Shown here: positions 35,096 through 42,825 of the stretch, in pieces
Layout of the letters: every line of letters starts with the position of its first letter
Numbering within the stretch: position 1 is the first letter of the stretch
DNA from: a virus
Virus record (IMG/VR): IMGVR_UViG_3300049601_000013
Span: 1-64,000 of that record
Direction: 5' to 3' (one strand)
DNA: 64,000 nucleotides
Notes under the pieces: model-generated
Seen by the model: the letters and a program-made list of their open reading frames with translations, nothing else
Told to the model about the DNA's origin: nothing
Database searches by the model: none
Position numbers and translations under genes: made by a program

Positions 35096-35539
35096 TTAGG
35101 AGGCGCGTCCGAAGCCCGTCGCCGCCACCTGACCGGTGATGTCGCCACCGTTGGGAGTCACCACAAAGTCGTGCTTCGTCAGCGGAACGATGTCCGCATC
35201 CGTACCGCCCGTTGTGTCCGGGTCGTAGCAGATGAGCAGCGCGCCGACCGCGTTCCCCGTCGCCGCGGTCCACGTGACGTCGCTTACGTCCACGAACGCC
35301 CAGTTGTTCGTGTCATCGACGGTGACCGCGACTCCCGCCGCGGTCTTCCGTCCCATCGTCGTCTGCTCGTTGTTCGTGCCGGCGAGAAGCAGGGCAAGGT
35401 TGTCGTAGTCGATCAAGACCGAGTCGGCCTCGAGTCCGGCGGCCTCCAGCGGCACGATGATGATCGCATCATTGGCCGCGGGCAGCGTGCCGTACTGGAC
35501 GAAGCGACCCTTGGCGATGTTGAAGACGACGTTTGCCAT
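35096..35539 (-). CDS. hypothetical virion-module protein
   Basis: 147 aa (MANVVFNIAKGRFVQYG...) in the capsid-to-connector interval. No motif was recognised. Confidence 0.45.
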   Translation of the reverse strand: MANVVFNIAKGRFVQYGTLPAANDAIIIVPLEAAGLEADSVLIDYDNLALLLAGTNNEQTTMGRKTAAGVAVTVDDTNNWAFVDVSDVTWTAATGNAVGALLICYDPDTTGGTDADIVPLTKHDFVVTPNGGDITGQVAATGFGRAS

Positions 35540-35548
35540 GCGTGATCC

Positions 35549-36220
35549 TTACGCGAGCAGGACCGCGCCGCAGCTCGCGGCCGGCGGCGGCGTTGTGGTG
35601 ATGTTCCAGAGGAAGTGCTCGAGCGACTCCAGCGTGTTGTCGCCGAGGCCCGTCGTCAGCGCGCCGATGAGTGTCGGCCACAGTGTGTACCAGGCCTGCG
35701 TCTCGGCGGAGAATGAGAACGTGAACGTGCCGTTCTCGAAGGTGAAGTCGCTGATCATGGTGTTGCCGACGTTGCCGAAGAGCCAGTAGACGTACTGCTG
35801 CACGCCTCCCGGAGAACACGCGTTGGCGCCCGCGATCGGCTGCCACAGTTCCATGGAGAAGCGCGACAAGAGCTGGCCCTCGCCGTACGCGACGCCGGTG
35901 CCGGTCGCGGGAGTGCCCGTGGTCAGAAGTCGCTCGCCGGAGACGATGACCTGCACGTCGGGGTCAAGCGTGCAGACCTCGATGTCCAGGCCGACGCGCT
36001 TGAGCTCGTTGGGGTCCTTCTGGTTCACGCAGAGCGAGCCGTCGGCGCGCTTGAGAATGAACTCTTCGCCCTCTTCGTAGTCCGGCGAGGCGCCGACCGA
36101 GATGAAGCCGTTGAAGACCGCGACGGCCGAGTCGGCGCCCGAGACCGGAACGCCGCACGCGTCGAGCTTGATGAAGCGAATCACCGATGCCTTGATCGGC
36201 GTCACGCAAGTGGCAACCAT
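35549..36220 (-). CDS. virion structural protein, possible major tail (tube) protein
   Basis: N-terminal IKASVIRFIKLDACGVPV...GFISVGASPDYEEGEEF...EVCTLDPDV resembles a tail-tube family I recall from actinophages. The C-terminus ends in a Thr/Pro patch (NITTTPPPAAS). Its position upstream of the adaptors is atypical. Confidence 0.35.
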   Translation of the reverse strand: MVATCVTPIKASVIRFIKLDACGVPVSGADSAVAVFNGFISVGASPDYEEGEEFILKRADGSLCVNQKDPNELKRVGLDIEVCTLDPDVQVIVSGERLLTTGTPATGTGVAYGEGQLLSRFSMELWQPIAGANACSPGGVQQYVYWLFGNVGNTMISDFTFENGTFTFSFSAETQAWYTLWPTLIGALTTGLGDNTLESLEHFLWNITTTPPPAASCGAVLLA

Positions 36221-36231
36221 TCCTTACCCCA

Positions 36232-37128
36232 CTAATCGCACGTCAAGGCTACCGGGACCGCATGCAAGCAGCAGTCGTAACCCAGCAGGTAGTTGCGCTC
36301 GGCGATGGCGAACACCGTGTTCACCGAGCGATCCATCGTTTCCACACGCGGGAATGTTCGAACGTCGCTTCGATATCCGAAGATCGGCGGCGTCATGTAC
36401 ATCCAGCGAACACCCTCGGCCAGTGCGCCGTCGGGTCCACTTCCGGTGTAGCCGCCGCTTACCGCGACGAGGTTTCCGGCGCGCGTCATCAGTCGGCCGT
36501 CGACGTCGGTCACGAGCCAGCCGTCTTCCATGAGCGGAAGAATGGCGATCGGCACGTGAATGATTCCTGTGCCGCGGTAGCAGTCGGCGAACGACTCTTC
36601 CAGGAGGCCGAGGGCCACCTCCACGCACGTGGCCGTGCCGGTGACGACGGTTGCCGCCAGCTGGAGAGTGACCTCCGAGGCACCCGCCTCCGCGTCAACG
36701 AGCTCCGTGTCGGCGGCGAGGTGCGGATACACCACATCATTGGAGACGCCGGCGACCCCGGTCCAGAAGGCCCTCTCCACCTCGAACATCTCGTTGCGCA
36801 GCAGCACCTGCTCCGCCCACGCGGTCGAGTCCTCGTAGAACCCCACCGCCGAGCAGTCAACCTGCCCCACGACGGTGAACGGCGTCGCGCCGAATGTGGA
36901 GAGCGTCGCGTTGCCCTCCTTGGGCTCGGGCTCGGCGATGCCCGTGCCGGTCACGGCGTTGTTGAGCACGCACTCGTCGAACGTCGTGGACGCGTCGCCG
37001 CAGATGGCCTGCCACTCCACACCCGCCTGCCAGTGGCTATCGCCGTCGCGCCACTGGACGACGGACTCCAGTCCGAACGGCGTCGGCGTGAAGTCCGCGG
37101 GCGCCACAATCAGCCTTGCGCTGGTCAC
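36232..37128 (-). CDS. virion structural protein (possible second capsid-fold protein)
   Basis: 298 aa, immediately after the major capsid gene. GTG 37128 follows GAGGAGACGTAG. The C-terminal MYMTPPIFGYR...NTVFAIAERNYLLGYD pattern is reminiscent of HK97-fold capsid proteins. Confidence 0.4.
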   Translation of the reverse strand: MTSARLIVAPADFTPTPFGLESVVQWRDGDSHWQAGVEWQAICGDASTTFDECVLNNAVTGTGIAEPEPKEGNATLSTFGATPFTVVGQVDCSAVGFYEDSTAWAEQVLLRNEMFEVERAFWTGVAGVSNDVVYPHLAADTELVDAEAGASEVTLQLAATVVTGTATCVEVALGLLEESFADCYRGTGIIHVPIAILPLMEDGWLVTDVDGRLMTRAGNLVAVSGGYTGSGPDGALAEGVRWMYMTPPIFGYRSDVRTFPRVETMDRSVNTVFAIAERNYLLGYDCCLHAVPVALTCD

Positions 37129-37174
37129 CTACGTCTCCTCACGCCGACGTCGCTTCGGTCTCGGTCTGTCGCGA

Positions 37175-38902
37175 TCAGAGGCCGCAGGCGGTGATGTCCG
37201 CCGCGCCCGTCCGGCCGTTGGCGCAGATGTTGATGGTCAGCAGGCGCGACTCGTGTCCGAGCTTGGCGATCAGCCAGCACTCTTCCATCCACGCGGCGGT
37301 GAAGTCGTTCGTCGCGTTGAGGACGGAGTCCCTGATGACGCCGAGGTCCAGGGTCAGGCCGTTGCCGAGCACGAAGGTGCCGGGCGCATACATGAGCGCC
37401 TGCACGGTCGTCGGCCAGGTGAGGATGCCGCCGGTGACGCCCGGCAGTCCCGCGGTGCGGACCTGCCAGTCGCCGACGAACTGGATGCGAATGTCCAGCG
37501 CGTCGAAGAGGCCCTCGATGTACGAGTCGGCGACGGAGAGCAGCTCGACGCCGGTGCGACGGCGAATGTCCGACCGCATCATGTCGAGGATCCAGCGGGG
37601 AAGCACGACCTCGAGAACCGCGTCATCGCACATGGCGAACTTCTCGCGGTAGTCGCGCGCCTGCAGCTCCAGCGCGCCGAGGACGTTGTTGACGACCGAC
37701 TCGCCGACGGCGCCGAGGCCGGTGAAACCCGAGACGGCGACGGATGCGGTGACCAGCTCCTGGATGCGCGACAGGTTCATCTTGTGCGCGTGGAACGCCA
37801 TGAGGAGCTTCATGTGGTTCGCGATGAGCTCGGGGTACGCGTCGTCCATCAGGTTGCCGACGGTGAGGCAGACGCCGTCACACGCGAGACGCTCTTCGGT
37901 GAACGTGGCGCACGGCACGATGCCACACGTCTTGGTACCCGACTGTGCGGTGCCGGTGACCGCCGCGATGTCCTGCGTCTCGGTCCACGTCCAGAGGGCG
38001 GGGTTGCCGGAGAGGCTGGAGAAGTCGGGCGAGATCGGGAACCGGATGCCGCCACGGTTGATGCCGACGGTCGGCAGGTCGAGCATGCCGTCTTCGCAGA
38101 CGATGTTGAACAGGTCGTACGAGATCTCCGACGGCGCGCACCAGCCGCCGGCGGCGACCAGCGCGTCGACGTTGCTGGCCGCGGTGAGAACGTCCGAGAT
38201 CTGCTGCGGCGTCGCCTGGCGGTCGAGGTTGTACTTGAACTGCCGGTTGAGCGACGCGACGGTGTAGCGCGGCGCGTCCTGCCCGCGGGTGGTGGTGCCG
38301 ACGGTGCGCACGCGAGCGTGTGCCGCGGCGACCAGCTGGTTCATGTCGGTGAGACGCGAGCCCTGGGCGAAGCCCGGGATGTCCGCGCTGGCGACGAGAA
38401 CCGACTCCGCGTCACTGCGAGGTCCGGGAACCTCGGGAGCGCGCGCCTGGATGCTCGACAGCGAGACGTTGAGGCGACGCTTGCCACCGACGTTGCGCGG
38501 CTGGGTGCGGCCGGGGCTGTAGTGCCCGCCGGCGGTGACCTCGTCCTGCTCGTCCACTTCTTCCGACCCTTCGGTGGCCATTTCTTGCGTGGTCTCACCG
38601 GCGTCGTCCGCGGCGGACTCGCCACGGCCGTGGACGCGCGCCTGCAGTGCTTCACGGTCGGCGGCGTGCTGAAGCGCCATTTCTTCGCGCGAGGCGATCT
38701 CGGCGCGGATGGTCTCGATGTCGTCGGCCAGCTGGGCCGCCTGCGAGACGGTGTCCGCGGAGACGTCGGCCTCCGGGTCGGCGATCTCATCGAACGCCTC
38801 GACGGCCGCGGCCTCCAGCGCGCGAAGCTCATCATCGCTCAGCGCGGAGAGGTCCTCCGGCAGACCTGCATATCCATTCATGCTTTTCCTTTTCGGAGAC
38901 AT
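37175..38902 (-). CDS. major capsid protein with N-terminal acidic coiled-coil (scaffold/delta-like) region
   Basis: 575 aa. The first ~130 aa are an acidic coiled coil. Contains AAGGWCAPSEISYD, which I associate with actinophage major capsid proteins. It lies downstream of the protease. An alternative ATG lies at 38881. Confidence 0.65.
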   Translation of the reverse strand: MSPKRKSMNGYAGLPEDLSALSDDELRALEAAAVEAFDEIADPEADVSADTVSQAAQLADDIETIRAEIASREEMALQHAADREALQARVHGRGESAADDAGETTQEMATEGSEEVDEQDEVTAGGHYSPGRTQPRNVGGKRRLNVSLSSIQARAPEVPGPRSDAESVLVASADIPGFAQGSRLTDMNQLVAAAHARVRTVGTTTRGQDAPRYTVASLNRQFKYNLDRQATPQQISDVLTAASNVDALVAAGGWCAPSEISYDLFNIVCEDGMLDLPTVGINRGGIRFPISPDFSSLSGNPALWTWTETQDIAAVTGTAQSGTKTCGIVPCATFTEERLACDGVCLTVGNLMDDAYPELIANHMKLLMAFHAHKMNLSRIQELVTASVAVSGFTGLGAVGESVVNNVLGALELQARDYREKFAMCDDAVLEVVLPRWILDMMRSDIRRRTGVELLSVADSYIEGLFDALDIRIQFVGDWQVRTAGLPGVTGGILTWPTTVQALMYAPGTFVLGNGLTLDLGVIRDSVLNATNDFTAAWMEECWLIAKLGHESRLLTINICANGRTGAADITACGL

Positions 38903-38979
38903 CCGTCATGCTTCACTTTGATGAACCCTACGTGCACTATACACCATGATGTTGATCTAGGCAAACTTCACGGTGTATG

Positions 38980-39150
38980 CTACTTCGACGGTGTGTTGTC
39001 CACCACTTGCGACTGCGAGTTGTAGACGGCGGCGCGCAGCGACTCCAAGTCGCGAAGCAGCCCGTCCTTCTCTTCCTGCTGACGCACGGCCAGCTGCGCC
39101 TCATTCACCGAAGTGACGGCCGTCTTCTTCCGACCACATCCGCATCCCAC
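38980..39150 (-). CDS. hypothetical small coiled-coil protein (56 aa, below ORF-track cutoff)
   Basis: GTG 39150 follows GGGAGGTAGTC, which lies at the protease stop. It translates to MGCGCGRKKTAVTSVNEAQLAVRQQEEKDGLLRDLESLRAAVYNSQSQVVDNTPSK and ends in TAG at 38980. Confidence 0.4.
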   Translation of the reverse strand: MGCGCGRKKTAVTSVNEAQLAVRQQEEKDGLLRDLESLRAAVYNSQSQVVDNTPSK

Positions 39151-39152
39151 GA

Positions 39153-41336
39153 CTACCTCCCACGGACCCGGTTGCGAATTTCATCCATGCGCGACTTGTC
39201 GTCGCGTCCCACGCGGTTCTTCAGGCTGGCGATGACGCTCTGCAGCGCCCTCGTCTCGCCGCTGCTCTGCGTCAGCTTCGGCTTCGGCTTCGCCTCGGCA
39301 ACGATGGTGTAGGGGTTGACGCCCGCCGCGACGAGTGTCGTCTGGACTCCCCGGCGCGCCGCGGTCTTCACCCGCGGAACCGGGAAGCCTGGGACGTTGA
39401 CGGCGAGAAGTGCGATGAGCCGCAGCCCGTTGCCGAAGCGGCGCCAGTCTCCGGACAGCTTCGCGGCGCGCAGCGTGCGCAGGCGCAGGGGCGAGAGGTT
39501 CGGACGAAGTGCTCCGGAGAACCACAGGCCGTACTGGTCCTCGCCGGTGACGACGTCCGCGACCGCCGCGCCGGTGTGGTCATAGTGGTCGATGGCTTGG
39601 ACGGCGGTAAGCTTACCGCCGGTCGACGCGTGACCGGTTCCGAGGGTGATGGTGCCGGTGGCGACGGTGTTCCCGTCCGCCGTCAGCGTCTCTCCCAGCA
39701 TGAAGTACTCGTGGAACCGCTCACGTGGCGGCGTTACGCACTGGCCCGAGAAGCCGGTGTGGCACGTTCCCCAGACGGCGGCGTGTCCGTAGATGCGACC
39801 ATCTTCGGTGACGGTGAGTGGCGTCGGTCCCGCCAGCTTGGGGTCATCGAACCACTCACGAGGCGGCGCCTCATCGGTGCAGCCGCAGGCGGTCAACTCG
39901 GCGCGGGCGTCGATGTGACCGGCGAATTGCGCCTCATCATCCTCATCTTCGTCATCGACGTCGTCTTCCTCCGACGACTCCACGGCCATGCTTACGCTCG
40001 CGGACGCGCGAGGTTCGATGGCGAAGTCGGCGTCATCCGGCTCGACCGTGGCCTCGCCGGCATCCAGCATCTGGCCCTCGAGCGCGATGGACGCCTCCAC
40101 GAAGGCGGGGAACTGGACGAGCGTCGCGCCGCGCAGTCGACCGCGGTGAAAGATCGTCAGCTCCGGCGCGGCGAAGAGGTCGCCGAATCCCTCGGCATCC
40201 GCGGCCGCGTCAGACTTCGGGAAGACGAGCTCGACATCCGAGTCCTTGACCGAGTCGACGTCGCCGGACACGCCGCGCAAGAACTTCTGCTCGACCTGGC
40301 GGTACGCCTCGGCGCCGTCATCCCCCTCCAGGTCGAAGACTCCGCGTCCCCAGATCTCGTTGTTCTCGCGCCAGAGCTCATCGATGCGGCCGGCCTGGAC
40401 CGCGGTCTTGTGCCCCTCATCGGTCTGCTTCTGCCACATGAGCGGCAGCGGAAGCGGCGCCGAGCGCAGTGAGCCCTCCGCAAACATGCGACCGTCGCCC
40501 GACTCAACCCCCTCGACGATGAGGACACCGGACCACGCGCCAACCTCGCCGGGCGCCGCCTGGACATCACTTGCGACGTCCGAAGAAGCCTGCGTCACGT
40601 TCATCACCTCATTTTCGCGATCATTGTAGCGCATCGTGAAGCTTTGTTCAGTCGAGTAGCTCTCATCGTCGTACGTCTCATCCGCATTCACCGGCTCTGC
40701 GTCGGCAGCCTCGAAGTTGTCGGTGAGGTCGAAGTCGTAGACCTCATCACCCATGGCCAGTCGAATGCGGTCAAATGTGATGTCCCCGGTGCGGTCAGCC
40801 AGCGACTCCACGAGCGAGTGATCATCGGTGTACGCGAGCGTCACGTGTGGGATCCACGGCTCGTGTTGCTCCGGAATCGCGACGCTGTGGTCCGTCATTC
40901 GGCCGAGTACGCGCTCTCGAATCTTTCGGCAGATGTCGTGAAGACCCGCACCGCTCAGCCCCAGCGTGATGCACGTGTCACGTTCAACGTTGTGGGGGTT
41001 GAACAATGACACGTTAAAGCCGTCCGCGACGACGGGGCCGGTCTCTTCGTCGGCGATCTCGGCGAGCTCGGACAACATCACGTTGAATGACTCTTCGGTG
41101 TGCTCACCGATGTCACCCAGGAAGATCACCGTGCAGTGAAGGTCCTCGCCGTACTCACCTCCGTCGAGCATAAGTCGCTCGGCGTTGCCCACCGTGGGGA
41201 TCAGGGCGATCATGCCGTTGTGAGAGTTGTCGCCCGCGGCGGTTAGCTCTTCCGCCTCCGGCGCACTGAGCACCAGGTCCACGTTGTCCGGGTCCGTGAC
41301 CGCGGTAAGCGTCGTTTCTTCCGTGGGCATCGTCAT
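39153..41336 (-). CDS. capsid maturation protease with N-terminal 2H-phosphoesterase (LigT-like) domain
   Basis: Two HxTx motifs, DLHCTVIFLG and IPHVTLAYT, lie about 97 aa apart. Then come prohead-protease-type segments LIVEGVESGDGRMFAEGSLRSAPLPLPLMWQ and GRIYGHAAVWGTCHTGFSGQCVTPP. Confidence 0.75.
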   Translation of the reverse strand: MTMPTEETTLTAVTDPDNVDLVLSAPEAEELTAAGDNSHNGMIALIPTVGNAERLMLDGGEYGEDLHCTVIFLGDIGEHTEESFNVMLSELAEIADEETGPVVADGFNVSLFNPHNVERDTCITLGLSGAGLHDICRKIRERVLGRMTDHSVAIPEQHEPWIPHVTLAYTDDHSLVESLADRTGDITFDRIRLAMGDEVYDFDLTDNFEAADAEPVNADETYDDESYSTEQSFTMRYNDRENEVMNVTQASSDVASDVQAAPGEVGAWSGVLIVEGVESGDGRMFAEGSLRSAPLPLPLMWQKQTDEGHKTAVQAGRIDELWRENNEIWGRGVFDLEGDDGAEAYRQVEQKFLRGVSGDVDSVKDSDVELVFPKSDAAADAEGFGDLFAAPELTIFHRGRLRGATLVQFPAFVEASIALEGQMLDAGEATVEPDDADFAIEPRASASVSMAVESSEEDDVDDEDEDDEAQFAGHIDARAELTACGCTDEAPPREWFDDPKLAGPTPLTVTEDGRIYGHAAVWGTCHTGFSGQCVTPPRERFHEYFMLGETLTADGNTVATGTITLGTGHASTGGKLTAVQAIDHYDHTGAAVADVVTGEDQYGLWFSGALRPNLSPLRLRTLRAAKLSGDWRRFGNGLRLIALLAVNVPGFPVPRVKTAARRGVQTTLVAAGVNPYTIVAEAKPKPKLTQSSGETRALQSVIASLKNRVGRDDKSRMDEIRNRVRGR

Positions 41337-42340
41337 GATATCACCTGAAGTCGTACGGCCGGACGTCCGGATGGTGTGTTGCGGTTGACCTCCAGGACGC
41401 GGAACCGCGTGCGCGGTCCCAAGATAAGCTCCTGCTCATCTTGAATCGCCGCACGTGATCCCGTGAAGATCGCGGGGGTTCCCGCCGGTACCTCGATCTG
41501 CATGTCCACATCTCCGAAGATCTCGGTGACGCTTGGGTCCAGCGACGTACTAGAGAAGCCGTTGTCCGAGATGTCGAACCCCGCCAGCCGCTCGAGGTCG
41601 TCGATGGACGTCGCGCCGCCGAGGTGCTCCAGGTTCGTCGATCGGAAGACGGTGACCGGCTCGCCCAAGGGCCGCAGCGCGTCGCGAAGCTGGCCGTTAC
41701 GCGTGTTCGCCTCGGCCGTGCAGCTCTGCCCGGTGCGCAAGCACTCGTTCATGTCGTGGTACGCCGTCACCGAGTAGTCGCGCACGGTCTGCTCTTGCTC
41801 GGGCGTCAGGGGCGGCGGGTTCTGCGACTCCATCTCGCCCTGAATGGCTTCCAGGTCACCCGCGTCGCGCGTTGGGAAGTCCGTATCGACGGCCAGGGGA
41901 GCGGTCGACTCGTGGGGACCGGGGCCGGCTGAAGGCGCCGCCGACGGCGCGTTGGGATCGGGCGCGTTCGGATTGGGCGCCGAGGCGGGTGCGGCCGGCG
42001 GCTGGTCCTCCGCCTCTCCCACACGCCAGCCAAGCTTCGTGAGGAGGTACGTCGCGAGCTTGCCTCGCTTGCCGATCGACTGCCACGAGCCGTCGGGCTG
42101 CCGCACCTGCTGGTCGAACTGGCCGGTGCCTGCGTCGTACACCATGCGCTGCGTGCCGTCCTCCGACACGTGCGTGACGTCGCCGTCGGCGTGCTGGCGA
42201 AAGACGTTGGCCTCGGGGTTGTTGCGCGCTCGCAGCGGCGGAGGCACGAAGAAGCGCGCGGCCTTCTTAGCGAAGCGGCCTCCCTTACCTCGCTTATGCT
42301 TCTTTTCGTCGTAGCGTCCTCGCCGCGCGAGCGTGTCCAT
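41333..42340 (-). CDS. ADP-ribosyltransferase-domain protein (R-S-ExE type), short paralog
   Basis: C-terminus has VTVFRSTN, NGFSSTSLD and QDEQELILGPRTRF. The N-terminus has GRFAKK and a DGTQRMVYDAGTGQF...PDGSWQ module shared with the 1267-aa protein. The ATG forms a TAATG overlap. Confidence 0.7.
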   Translation of the reverse strand: MDTLARRGRYDEKKHKRGKGGRFAKKAARFFVPPPLRARNNPEANVFRQHADGDVTHVSEDGTQRMVYDAGTGQFDQQVRQPDGSWQSIGKRGKLATYLLTKLGWRVGEAEDQPPAAPASAPNPNAPDPNAPSAAPSAGPGPHESTAPLAVDTDFPTRDAGDLEAIQGEMESQNPPPLTPEQEQTVRDYSVTAYHDMNECLRTGQSCTAEANTRNGQLRDALRPLGEPVTVFRSTNLEHLGGATSIDDLERLAGFDISDNGFSSTSLDPSVTEIFGDVDMQIEVPAGTPAIFTGSRAAIQDEQELILGPRTRFRVLEVNRNTPSGRPAVRLQVIS

Positions 42341-42825
42341 TACTTGTCTCGCTTCTCGCCGGGCCAGTGGCCGGTCGCCTCGTGGTAGAGGTTGGCGCAC
42401 AAGCCCTCAACGTTTGACGGAAAGTGCTCGCGCAGCTCGCTGGTGCAGCGTCGGAACGAGCCCTCCGTGCCCCACCTGATCTTCGCCGCGCCCTCGCCAC
42501 GAAGCCAGTAGTCTTGAAGCTCACGAGGCATGCGCGACTGCAGCTCCGTTCGCGCCGCCTGCGCGACGGGTCCGGTGACGTCGACGTTCCACCCAGCTGA
42601 TGCCAACACTTCATTCACGTGGGCGGCGGGCGTCTGAAAGATGGCCGCGTACTGCTCGTCAGTGAGACCATTGTTGTCGAGGTCTTCGTCCTCGACGGGA
42701 TTCTCCGGCGACGGCGGCTCCTCCCGAATGAAGAGCGCGTTTTCCGGGTCAGAGACGCTCGTCAGAACGCCCGGGTACGCGGGCTGGTAAGTGGCCCACG
42801 GGTCTTCGTCGGTCGGCGTTGTCAT
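42340..42825 (-). CDS. hypothetical head-module protein
   Basis: N-terminal MTTPT..SVSDPENALF leader. C-terminal YWLRGEGAAKIRWGTEGSFRRC...GLCANLYHEATGHWPGE is a conserved actinophage head-module motif. Confidence 0.55.
   Translation of the reverse strand: MTTPTDEDPWATYQPAYPGVLTSVSDPENALFIREEPPSPENPVEDEDLDNNGLTDEQYAAIFQTPAAHVNEVLASAGWNVDVTGPVAQAARTELQSRMPRELQDYWLRGEGAAKIRWGTEGSFRRCTSELREHFPSNVEGLCANLYHEATGHWPGEKRDK

Noticed and set aside
36875-39025. 716-aa plus-strand ORF (and similar ones at 36262-37194, 39576-40472, 46701-47849, 47537-48793, 29599-30699, 22216-23205)
   Set aside because: All are antisense to structural genes that are supported by synteny, translational coupling and motifs. 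Their translations are low-complexity Arg/Gly/Ala/Ser strings.
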